From contig JASGJN010000004.1 in assembly GCA_049840735.1 (NCBI GenBank), positions 1 to 64,000 of the forward strand: 64,000 nucleotides of DNA, in the 5' to 3' direction. Numbering within the stretch: position 1 is the first letter of the stretch; every line of letters begins with the position of its first letter. A program made the translations under genes and the position numbers. The notes beneath the pieces are model-generated. The model made no database searches, was not told the origin of the DNA, and was given only the letters and a program-made list of their open reading frames with translations. Below, in pieces: positions 56,008 to 64,000 of this stretch. The stretch is from Anaeromyxobacter sp. Lineage in GTDB: Bacteria; Myxococcota; Myxococcia; Myxococcales; Anaeromyxobacteraceae.

Positions 56008-56700
56008 GGCCTTCGACTCCGGGCCGCTGCGCGGCCCTGCGCTCAGGCCGAACGGGGTCCTTGGTCAGGCCGGACGGGGTCCTTGGTCAGGCCGGACGAC
56101 GTTCCTGGCCAGGCCGGACGGGGTCCTTGGTCAGACCGGACGACGTTCCTGGTCAGGCCGGACGGGGTCCTTGGTCAGACCGGACGACGTTCCTGGCCAG
56201 GCCGGACGGGGTCCTTGGTCAGGCCGGACGACGTTCCTGGCCAGGCCGGACGGGGTCCTTGGTCAGACCGGGCGACGTTCCTAGTCAGGCCGGACGGGGT
56301 CCTTGGTCAGGCCGGACGGGGTCCTTGGTCAGGCCGGACGGGGTCCTTGGTCAGGCCGGACGGGATCCTTGGTCAGGCCGGACGGGGTCCTTGGTCAGGC
56401 CGGACGGGGTCCTTGGTCAGGCCGGACGGGGGCCCTGGTCAGGCCGGACGGGGTCCTTGGTCAGGCCGGGGGTCCTTGGTCAGGCCGGGGGTCCTTGGTC
56501 AGGCCGGGGGTCCTTGGTCCAGGCCGCACGGGGGTCCTTGGTCAGGCCGGACGGGGTCCTTGGTCAGGCCGGACGGGGCCCTTGGTCAGGCCGGACGGGG
56601 TCCCTGGTTCAGGCCGGACGGGGTCCCTGGTTCAGGCCGGACGGGGTTCACTCTCCGTTCGGCCTGAGCGTAGCCGCCGAAGGCGGCGGAGTCGAAGGCC
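56008..56700. repeat. REP doublet enclosing a 22-bp tandem array
   Basis: REP at 56008-56055 and inverted at 56655-56700; roughly 27 units of TCAGGCCGGACGGGGTCCTTGG with variant TCAGGCCGGACGACGTTCCTGG. Confidence 0.92.
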
Positions 56701-56717
56701 AGGGGTCCGCGAGCGGC

Positions 56718-58175
56718 TCAGTACGCCGCCCGCACCCCCGCGCCGGCCAGCAGGGCGCGGAGCCCCTCGGCGGCGTCGCTGCCCTGGAAGGTGAAGCCGC
56801 CGGGGGCGTCGCGGAGCAGCCTGGGCACCGCGGCCTCCGACGGCCCGCACACCACCACAGGCAGCCGCAGCACCTGGGCCAGCTCCGTGAGCAGCCCGTC
56901 GTCCTCCTCGGCCGGGAGCAGCACCAGCGCGCCCACCGCCCCGGAGGCGAAGGGGCGCCAGAGCGGACGGAAGGCGCGGTCGGCCGGCACCTCGGCCAGG
57001 TCCACCCGGACTCCGTCGCCCAGCGTCAGCCGCCCCAGCGTGCCGAAGCCGGAGACCGGCTCGGCCAGCTCGGGCTGGTAGCCCGGCACCGACCGGAACC
57101 GCTCGCCGGCGATGCGCCGCGCCAGCGGCCCGCCGCCGGCCAGCAGCACCTTGCCCACCGTCTGCGGGCCGGAGGAGCGGCCGCGGGCGATGCGCGCCCG
57201 CAGCGCGTGCAGCTCGTGGGCCGCCAGCAGGTCGCCCTGCACCGGCGGCAGCGCCCCCTCGCGCCGGCGCGCGTAGCCGCGCTCCAGCAGCGCCAGCACG
57301 GCGCGCATGGCCTCGAGGTCGGTGGCCGGGCAGCGGTCCACCAGCTCCTGGAAGCGCCGCGGCGTCTCCAGCTGCCGGACGATCTCCTCGGTGACCGGGT
57401 GCAGGCCGGCCGGGATGCGCGTCGCGTCGGCGGCCAGCTCCAGCGTGTCGGCCGGCTGCGGCAGGGACGGGAGCAGCCGGGCCACCTCGTCGGCCTGGCG
57501 CAGCCCCTCCAGCATCAGCTCCTCCAGGCGGCGGTCAATCCGCTCCTGGCCCACCTCGGCGCCGGGGACGAAGGCGAACTGCCCCTCGCGCCGCGTCAGG
57601 AGCCGGTAGAGCGCCTTCTCGCCGGTGGCGGCGCCCAGCGCGGCGTCCACCACCCGGCCGTCGCGCAGCGCGATGGAGGCGCGCTCCCCCTCGCGCTCGA
57701 CCGCCAGCTGGCCGGTCTTGCGGTTGACCGAGAGGATCTGCAGCAGGTCCACCAGCGGGATCTGCGCCAGGTTGCCCTCAATCTCACGGCTCTCGCCGGA
57801 GACCGCCTTGGCGGCGTCGAGCCGGCGGAAGACCTGCTCGATGCGGGCCAGCACCTCGTCCTGGTTGAAGGGCTTCTTGAGGTAGGTGCCGAGCCGGGCG
57901 CGGTCCGGGTCCACCGCCTCGCCGGTGAAGATCACCGGGATGCGCTCGGTGCGCGGGTTGGTGCGCAGGATGCGGATGAAGGTGCGCGAGTCGAGCAGCG
58001 GGCAGCGCTCGTCGAAGAGGATCAGGTCGGGGAAGCGGAGGATGGCGACCTGGAGCGCGCGCGAGCCGTCGCGGGCGGCGTGGACCTGGTAGCCGCGCTG
58101 GCGCAGCGACGGCGCCAGCACGCGCACGGTGGTGGGGTCGGGGTCGGCGAGGAGGAGCTTGCGGGCCTGGGGCAT
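56718..58175 (-). CDS. Atypical receiver, DUF4388 and degenerate small-GTPase-like domain protein
   Basis: LLLADPD..PDLILFD..KPF; EGNLAQIPLVDLLQ..KTG (DUF4388); C-terminal FGTLG..VDLAEVPA..F.PLW..GAVGALVL. Confidence 0.75.
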   Translation of the reverse strand: MPQARKLLLADPDPTTVRVLAPSLRQRGYQVHAARDGSRALQVAILRFPDLILFDERCPLLDSRTFIRILRTNPRTERIPVIFTGEAVDPDRARLGTYLKKPFNQDEVLARIEQVFRRLDAAKAVSGESREIEGNLAQIPLVDLLQILSVNRKTGQLAVEREGERASIALRDGRVVDAALGAATGEKALYRLLTRREGQFAFVPGAEVGQERIDRRLEELMLEGLRQADEVARLLPSLPQPADTLELAADATRIPAGLHPVTEEIVRQLETPRRFQELVDRCPATDLEAMRAVLALLERGYARRREGALPPVQGDLLAAHELHALRARIARGRSSGPQTVGKVLLAGGGPLARRIAGERFRSVPGYQPELAEPVSGFGTLGRLTLGDGVRVDLAEVPADRAFRPLWRPFASGAVGALVLLPAEEDDGLLTELAQVLRLPVVVCGPSEAAVPRLLRDAPGGFTFQGSDAAEGLRALLAGAGVRAAY

Positions 58176-58190
58176 GTCCGGGGCGCTCCG

Positions 58191-60054
58191 CTACAGCGGC
58201 TGGAGATCGTAGAGGGCCTGCAGCTTGGACACCAGGGTGTCCACCAGCGGCACGTCCGAGGTGTGGAAGACCTTGCCCGTGGGCCCGGCCACCAGCCCGT
58301 AGGCCGAGTGCTCGGACATGAAGAGCAGGAACTCGTGGTCCACCAGCCGCTTGTCGCCGTCGAGGAAGACCTCGGTGACCAGCGGGTGGCCGGGCCGCTC
58401 CGGCCCGCCGCGCGGGCCGAGCAGGTAGACGTGCACGGCGCTGTCGCCGGCGCGCGAGGCCGGGTCGCCGGCGGGGAGCGCGGCGCGGATGGCGGCGTGG
58501 CCCAGCCCGCCGCGCACGCCCACGTAGGCGTGGCCGCGGGCGCGCGGGTCGCGGCCGATCTCGCGCGCCACCTCGCGCTGCGCTGCGGCCAGGAAGTCCG
58601 GGTCGGCGGCGATGCGGGCGGAGGGCGAGCTGTCCGGCAGCGGCGCGTCGGCCAGCAGGATGTCCACCAGCTCCCAGAAGGCGGCCGGCTCGAGGTCGGC
58701 CAGGTGCAGCCGGCGCAAGAGCGAGCCGCGCTGGTCCTCGATGCGGTCCTTGGCCCAGTGGAGCAGCTGGTCGAAGTCCTCCCCGTCCTTGGGGAAGGTG
58801 GCGGCGCCCATGGAGAGGAGCAGCGGCGTCTTCTCCTCCAGCTGGCGCACCGAGCCCTCGCGCCGGACCTCGTCGGCGGCGCGGCGCTGGAACATGAGCG
58901 CGCCGAAGTGGTCGGTCTCGGGCAGGAGCACGTAGTACTCGCGCTCCGAGACGCGGGCCAGGATGTCGGCGTCGCGCGAGACGCGGGCCACCGCCGACAC
59001 CACGTCGCGGATCACGCGGCGGTGCAGCTCGCGCCCGGCCTCCTTGCGGATCTGCTCCACGTTGTCGATGGAGAGGACCAGCAGCGAGAAGGAGCGGCCG
59101 TAGCGGCGGGCCTTGTAGAACTCCTTGCCGGCGTAGTCGACGAAGTAGGCCAGGTTGTAGGCGCCGGTCTCCGCGGTCGCGCAGGCCGACGCGCTCCAGC
59201 GCCTGGAAGCGGCGGGCGTTGCGCACCGCGATGGCCGCGAAGTCGGCCATGGTGAGCGCCGCGGCGTGCTCGTCCGGGCCGAACCGGCCCTTGGCGCGGT
59301 CGGAGAGGAGCGCCATGCCCAGGGGCTCGTCGTCCGCCACCAGCGGCACCAGGAAGCTCTCGCCGGCCAGCGGGAACGGCGCCTGGAAGGGCGCGCCGCC
59401 GCGCAGCGCCTCCGACCAGCTGGGCGCCTTCGGATCGATCAGCGCCGGCAGCGAGGCCCGGTCCACCAGGCCGCGGTAGCTGCGCAGCGCCAGCAGCCCC
59501 TTGTCGTCCATCACCCACAGCGCCGCGCCCTGGGCGTCGGTGGCGCGGGCCAGGAAGGAGAGCGTCAGATCCTGCAGCCGCTCGCCGTCGAGCGTGGAGA
59601 GGATCTGCAGGCCCTGGCGGTAGATGACCTGCGACTTGGCGAACTCGATGTTCTCGCTGAGCAGCTTGGAGTGCTCGCGCCGCAGCTGCACGCGCGCCAG
59701 CACCCGCTCCGCCACCTGCAGGAGCTCGGCCCGGTCCACCGGCTTGGTGAGGAACTCGGCGCAGCCGGCCTTCATGGCCTGCACCGCCAGCCGGACGTCC
59801 TCGTGGCCGGTGACCGCCACCGCCTCCAGGTCCGGGTCCCGCCGCCGCGCCTCGCGCACCAGCGCCACGCCGTCCATGCCCGGCATGACCACGTCGGTGA
59901 CCAGCAGGTCGAAGGTCTCGTCCTGCAGCAGCTGCAGCGCCTCCTCGGCCGAGGACGCGGTGCGGGTGGCGTGGCCGGAGGAGCCCAGCACCTCCTTGAA
60001 GAGCTCCAGGAAGAACTTCTCGTCGTCGACGATGAGGATCCGCCCGGTGGCCAT
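58191..60054 (-). CDS. Receiver-GAF-degenerate GGDEF protein (frameshift near 59170)
   Basis: ILIVDD, TDVVMP, TKP; GAF ..AIAVRNAR; RDADILARVSERE at the GGDEF position; SMGAATFP. Confidence 0.8.
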
Positions 60055-60846
60055 CTAGAGGTCCGCCTCCCCGGCGAAGACCCTCGCCGCCGGCCCGCGC
60101 ATCGTCACGCCGACCAGGTCGGCCGCCACCGTGATTTGCAGCGCGCCGCCCGGCAGGCGCACCTCCACCGGCACGCCCGCGGGGACCAGCCCGCGCGACA
60201 CCGCCGCCACCGCCGCGGCGCAGGCGCCGGTGCCGCAGGCCTCGGTCAGCCCCGCGCCGCGCTCCCACACCACCAGGTCGATGCCCTCCGGCCCGGCCTT
60301 CGCGAACCCGACGTTGACGCCGCCCGGGACCGACCGCTCCAGCGCCGGCCCGACCGCCTGGGCGCGCTCGCGGGTGGGCGCCTCGCCCAGCAGCACCGCG
60401 TGCGGGTTGCCCATGGAGACGCGGATGGTCGGGTAGCGCTGGCCGCCCGCCTCGAGCGGCTCCTGCCCGAGCAGCCGGGCGGGGCCCATCTCGACCGACA
60501 CCGCCTCGACCTCGCCGGACGCGCCGCGGTGGATGGTGCAGGCCTTGGGCCCGGAGTCGGTGTCGACGAGGACGGCGCCGGAGAGGCCGCGCTGCTCGGC
60601 CAGGTGGCGGGCCAGGCAGCGGATGCCGTTGCCGCACATGGCGGCCACCGAGCCGTCCGAGTTGTAGATGTGCATGGCGGCGACGGCGCCAGCCGTGCGG
60701 GGCGGCAGGACGGTGAGCACGCCGTCGGCCCCGAGGCCCCGCCGGCGATTGCAGAGCCGCCGGGCGCGCTCGGGCGCCATCAGCGGGCCGTCGACCACCA
60801 CGAAGTCGTTGCCGATGCCGTGGTACTTCACGAAGGGGAGCGGCAC
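60055..60846 (-). CDS. dapF: Diaminopimelate epimerase
   Basis: KYHGIGNDF, NSDGS.AAMCGNG, SMGNPH, ERGAGLTEACGTG. Confidence 0.95.
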   Translation of the reverse strand: MPLPFVKYHGIGNDFVVVDGPLMAPERARRLCNRRRGLGADGVLTVLPPRTAGAVAAMHIYNSDGSVAAMCGNGIRCLARHLAEQRGLSGAVLVDTDSGPKACTIHRGASGEVEAVSVEMGPARLLGQEPLEAGGQRYPTIRVSMGNPHAVLLGEAPTRERAQAVGPALERSVPGGVNVGFAKAGPEGIDLVVWERGAGLTEACGTGACAAAVAAVSRGLVPAGVPVEVRLPGGALQITVAADLVGVTMRGPAARVFAGEADL

Positions 60847-61000
60847 CCGCGCATCATAGCGCGGGCCGCCCCCGGACGGCAGGCTCGCGGCGAGGGCCCG
60901 CGCACGGAAAAAGCGTCGCGCGGGCCGGCGCTTGCGGTCCCCCCGGGGCCCGGCCACCCTGGGGTGGCGCCCGGCCCGGCGGCGCGGTAACCACGTGGGC

Positions 61001-62404
61001 GTGACCACCGCCCGCGCGTTCCTCCCCGACCTGCTGCTCGCCGGCGGCGCGCTCCACGCCGGCGCCGCGCTCACCGTGAAGGACGGGCGCGTGCTGGCGG
61101 TGGGCGAGCCGGCGCCGGGCGCGAAGCCGGTGCCGCTGCCCGGACAGCTGCTGATCCCGGGGCTGGTCTCGGCCCACGGCCACGCCTTCCAGCGCGCCAT
61201 CCGCGGCCGGACCGAGCGGCGCGCGCCCGGGTCGGGCGGCGTCCCGGAGACCTTCTGGACCTGGCGGCGGGCCATGTACGACGCCGCCGCGCGGCTGGGC
61301 GCCGACGCGCTGGAGACGGTGGCGCGCTTCGCCTACGCCGAGCTGGCGCGGGCCGGCGTGACCGCGGTGGGCGAGTTCCACTACCTGCACCACGCGGCGG
61401 AGGGCCAGCCCTTCGCCGACTCCGGCGCGCTGGCGCTGCGGCTGGTGCGGGCCGCCCGCTCCGTGGGGCTGCGGGTGGTGCTGCTCGACAGCGCGTACGC
61501 GCGCCCGGGCGCGCCGGGCGCGGCGCTGGAGCCGGCGCAGCTGCGCTTCTTCCACGCGTCGCTGGAGGACTACCTGGAGGAGCTGGCGGCGCTGCGCGAG
61601 GGGCTGCGGGGCGACCCGCTGGCCGGCGTCGGGATCGCGCCGCACAGCGTGCGGGCCTGCCCGCTCCCGTGGCTGACGCGGCTGGCCGAGGTGGCCTGGC
61701 GCGAGGGGCTGCCGCTGCACGTGCACGCCGCCGAGCAGCCGGCCGAGGTGGCCGCCTGCCGGGCCGAGCACGGGGTCACGCCGGTGGAGCTCTTGCACCG
61801 CGCCGGCGCGCTCGGCCCCGGGACCACGCTGGTCCACGCCATCCACCTCGACGACGCCGACATCCGTCGCGTCGGCGAGGCGCGCGCCACGATTTGCGCC
61901 TGCCCGCTCACCGAGCGCAACCTGGGCGACGGCGTGGTGCCCGCCGACCGGCTGCGCGAGGCCGGTGTGCGGCTGGCGCTGGGCGTGGACAGCCACGCCG
62001 AGGCCGACCCGCTGGGCGAGGCGCGGGCGCTGGAGCTGCAGCTGCGGCTGGTGCGCGGGCAGCGGGCGGTGCTGGACGGGCCGCCGGGCACGCTGGGCGC
62101 GCGGCTGCTGGAGGCGGCCACCGCCGGCGGGATGGCTTCGCTGGGGCTGGCCGGCGGGCGGCTGGCGCCGGGGGAGCCGGCCGACTTCGCGGTGCTGGAC
62201 CTGGCCGACCCGTCCATCGCCGGGGCCTCGCGCGACGCCCTGCTGGACACCGTGGTCTTCGCCGCCTCGCCCCGGGCCGTCCGCAGCAGCTGGGTGGCCG
62301 GCGAGCCGGTGCTGGTGGAGGGGCGGCTGGCCTCCACCGGGCCGGAGGAGCGCGACCTGACGGCCGGTTTCGCCGAGGTGATGCGCGCCCTGTGGGGTGC
62401 GTGA
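61001..62404 (+). CDS. hutF: Formimidoylglutamate deiminase
   Basis: HGHAFQR, FWTWR..MY, VGEFHYLH, APHSVRA, CPLTERNLGDG. Confidence 0.88.
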   Translation: MTTARAFLPDLLLAGGALHAGAALTVKDGRVLAVGEPAPGAKPVPLPGQLLIPGLVSAHGHAFQRAIRGRTERRAPGSGGVPETFWTWRRAMYDAAARLGADALETVARFAYAELARAGVTAVGEFHYLHHAAEGQPFADSGALALRLVRAARSVGLRVVLLDSAYARPGAPGAALEPAQLRFFHASLEDYLEELAALREGLRGDPLAGVGIAPHSVRACPLPWLTRLAEVAWREGLPLHVHAAEQPAEVAACRAEHGVTPVELLHRAGALGPGTTLVHAIHLDDADIRRVGEARATICACPLTERNLGDGVVPADRLREAGVRLALGVDSHAEADPLGEARALELQLRLVRGQRAVLDGPPGTLGARLLEAATAGGMASLGLAGGRLAPGEPADFAVLDLADPSIAGASRDALLDTVVFAASPRAVRSSWVAGEPVLVEGRLASTGPEERDLTAGFAEVMRALWGA

Positions 62405-62449
62405 TTGGAATTGAGGCGCGCCGGCGCGGCCCGGCGTAACCTCCCGCCC

Positions 62450-63564
62450 ATGGACCTCGTGAAGCTGCTCCAGGCCCTGGTCGCCATCGACACCACGTCC
62501 TCGCGCCCCAACGCGCCCGCCCTCGACCTGCTCGAGCGCGAGGCCCGGGCCGCCGGGTTCGAGACCCGCCGCGCCGCCTGGACCGACGCCGCCGGCGTGC
62601 CCAAGGCCAACCTCGTCTGCCGGCGCGGCCCGGACAGCGCCGGCGGCCTGGCGCTGGTGGGCCACACCGACTGCGTCCCGTTCGACCCGGAGTGGAAGGA
62701 GGCGCTGCTGGGCGAGGTCAAGGACGGGCGGCTCGTCGGGCGCGGCTCGGCCGACACCAAGGGCTTCCTGGCCGCGGCGCTGGTGGCGGCCGGGAAGGCG
62801 AGGCAGGGCAGGCAGCCGCTCACCCTGATCTTCACCGCCGACGAGGAGATTGGCTGCCTGGGCGCGAAGCAGCTCCTGGCCGAGGGCCGGGTCCACCCGC
62901 GCCACGCCATCGTGGGCGAGCCCACCTCGCTCACGCCGGTCCGCGCGCACAAGGGCTACTCGGCGGTGGAGATCGGCTCACCGGGCTGGAGGGGCACAGC
63001 GCCTACCCCGACGTCGGCGCCTCCGCCATCCACGCCGCCGGCAGGCTCTGGCCGGAGATCGAGGCCATCGGCGAGGAGCTGAAGCGCGAGCTGGACCAGG
63101 CCTTCTCCCCGCCGTACTGCACCTGGAACGTGGGCGTCATCTCCGGCGGCAAGGCCCGCAACATCATCGCCGGCGAGTGCAGGTTCACCTACGAGTGGCG
63201 CCCCCTGCCCGGCCAGGACCCGCGCCGCGCGCTGCGCATGCTGGAGGAGGCCTGCGCCCGCCTCGCCGCCTCGCTGGGCGGCCGCGTGCAGATCCACGTG
63301 GCCCCGCAGCGGACCGACGCCGCCGCCGTCACGCCCGCCGAGGCCGAGATCGTCCGCTTCCTGGAGCAGGAGAGCGGCAACGCGTCCACCACCGTGCCGT
63401 TCGGCACCGAGCTGCCCGAGGTGAACGGCCTGGGCGCCGAGGCCTGCGTGTTCGGCCCGGGCGACATCCGCGTCGCGCACCGGACCGGCGAGTACGTCCC
63501 GGTGGACCAGCTGGAGAAGGCCGCCGCGATCCTGGTCAAGGCGATTGAGCGGTTCACGGGGTAG
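62450..63564 (+). CDS. argE: Acetylornithine deacetylase, M20 family (frameshift near 62975)
   Basis: GHTDCVP, GRGSADTKG, ADEE.GC, GEPT, AHKG, FGTE, GPG.I..AH. Confidence 0.85.
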
Positions 63565-63580
63565 CGGGCGTCTCGGGCCT

Positions 63581-63758
63581 GGCCTTCGACTCCGGGCCCG
63601 CGGCCGCGGGCCCTACGCTCAGGCCGAACGGACGCTCCTGCGCTCAGGGTAGACGGGCTCCCAGGCCCGGACGCGGCCCCTTCAAGCCCGTTCGTGGTGA
63701 GCGTAGCGCCCCGGGATGCCCCGGCGCCGCAGCGTGGCCGGGGCGCGGAGTCGAACCA
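63581..63758. repeat. REP doublet with two degenerate extra tail copies
   Basis: GGCCTTCGACTCC..CTACGCTCAGGCCGAACGG (63581-63631), then CGCTCAGGGTAGACGG and CCCAGGCCCGGACG, then an inverted copy from 63688. Confidence 0.82.
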
Positions 63759-63774
63759 TGAACGGGCGGATCCG

Positions 63775-64000
63775 CTACGGCACCACCACCGCCACCGCGT
63801 CCAGGTCGAGCTTCACGCGCTCAATCGACTTCGCCACCACCTCGCGGTGGTGCCGCAGCACCGCCAGCGCCCCGTCGATCCGTTCGCGCGGCGCGCCGCC
63901 GTGGAAGCCGGCCTCCACCAGCCGCTCCTCCTCGGCGTCGGCGTGGGCCAGCAGGCGGCCGATGGCCTCCTCCTTGCGGCGCGAGAGGATTCGCAGCGCC
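63775..64000 (-). CDS. C-terminus of a CDS running off the window (possibly RapA/SNF2-like)
   Basis: Open frame ending ..KSIERVKLDLDAVAVVVP*; the family guess rests only on resemblance of the C-terminus. Confidence 0.35.
   Translation of the reverse strand, partial: ALRILSRRKEEAIGRLLAHADAEEERLVEAGFHGGAPRERIDGALAVLRHHREVVAKSIERVKLDLDAVAVVVP

Noticed and set aside
56043..56647. Possible CRISPR array or repeat-protein ORFs (e.g. 55899-59255, 56083-56667)
   Set aside because: No spacers. The ORFs are stop-free by-products of a GC-rich 22-bp repeat, and the long one is antisense to real genes.
2409..63564. Mass pseudogenisation or programmed frameshifting
   Set aside because: Indels affect essential genes in both halves at scattered positions, consistent with single-read nanopore error.

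Overview
This looks like a raw or unpolished Oxford Nanopore sequence. Bases 1-73 are ONT adapter plus a native-barcode cassette, and many genes carry scattered frameshifts. It is very probably a chimera of two organisms joined at about 35,419-35,425. The left part (74 to about 35,420) is planctomycete-like (Phycisphaerae type): an IS4 transposase, DUF1080, DUF1549/DUF1553 cytochrome c and DUF1501 genes, several LEPRxLL secreted proteins, an ECF sigma/anti-sigma-DUF4349 pair, sulfatase, CorA, CE15 esterase, OsmC/TetR, lipB, FIST, an aminotransferase, an N-terminally cut PVC small basic protein and many palindromic repeats. The right part (about 35,426-64,000) is visibly more GC-rich and myxobacterial (Anaeromyxobacter-like): tRNA-Leu, argC/argJ-argB fusion/argR, a HemY-like oxidase, a PafB/PafC-like WYL pair, a histidine kinase, M16 peptidase, hemerythrin, PhzF, DUF2917/MocR, response regulators, dapF, hutF and argE. 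The strongest signal is in the right part. An IS110/IS1111-type element sits precisely inside a REP-like repeat, and its non-coding right end contains a readable bridge-RNA-like structure whose guides match the REP target and both insertion junctions. Four empty copies of that target occur in the window. The target-containing REP tail is also amplified into 21-bp and 22-bp tandem arrays between inverted REP pairs. All protein family calls come from motif recognition by eye; no database search was run.
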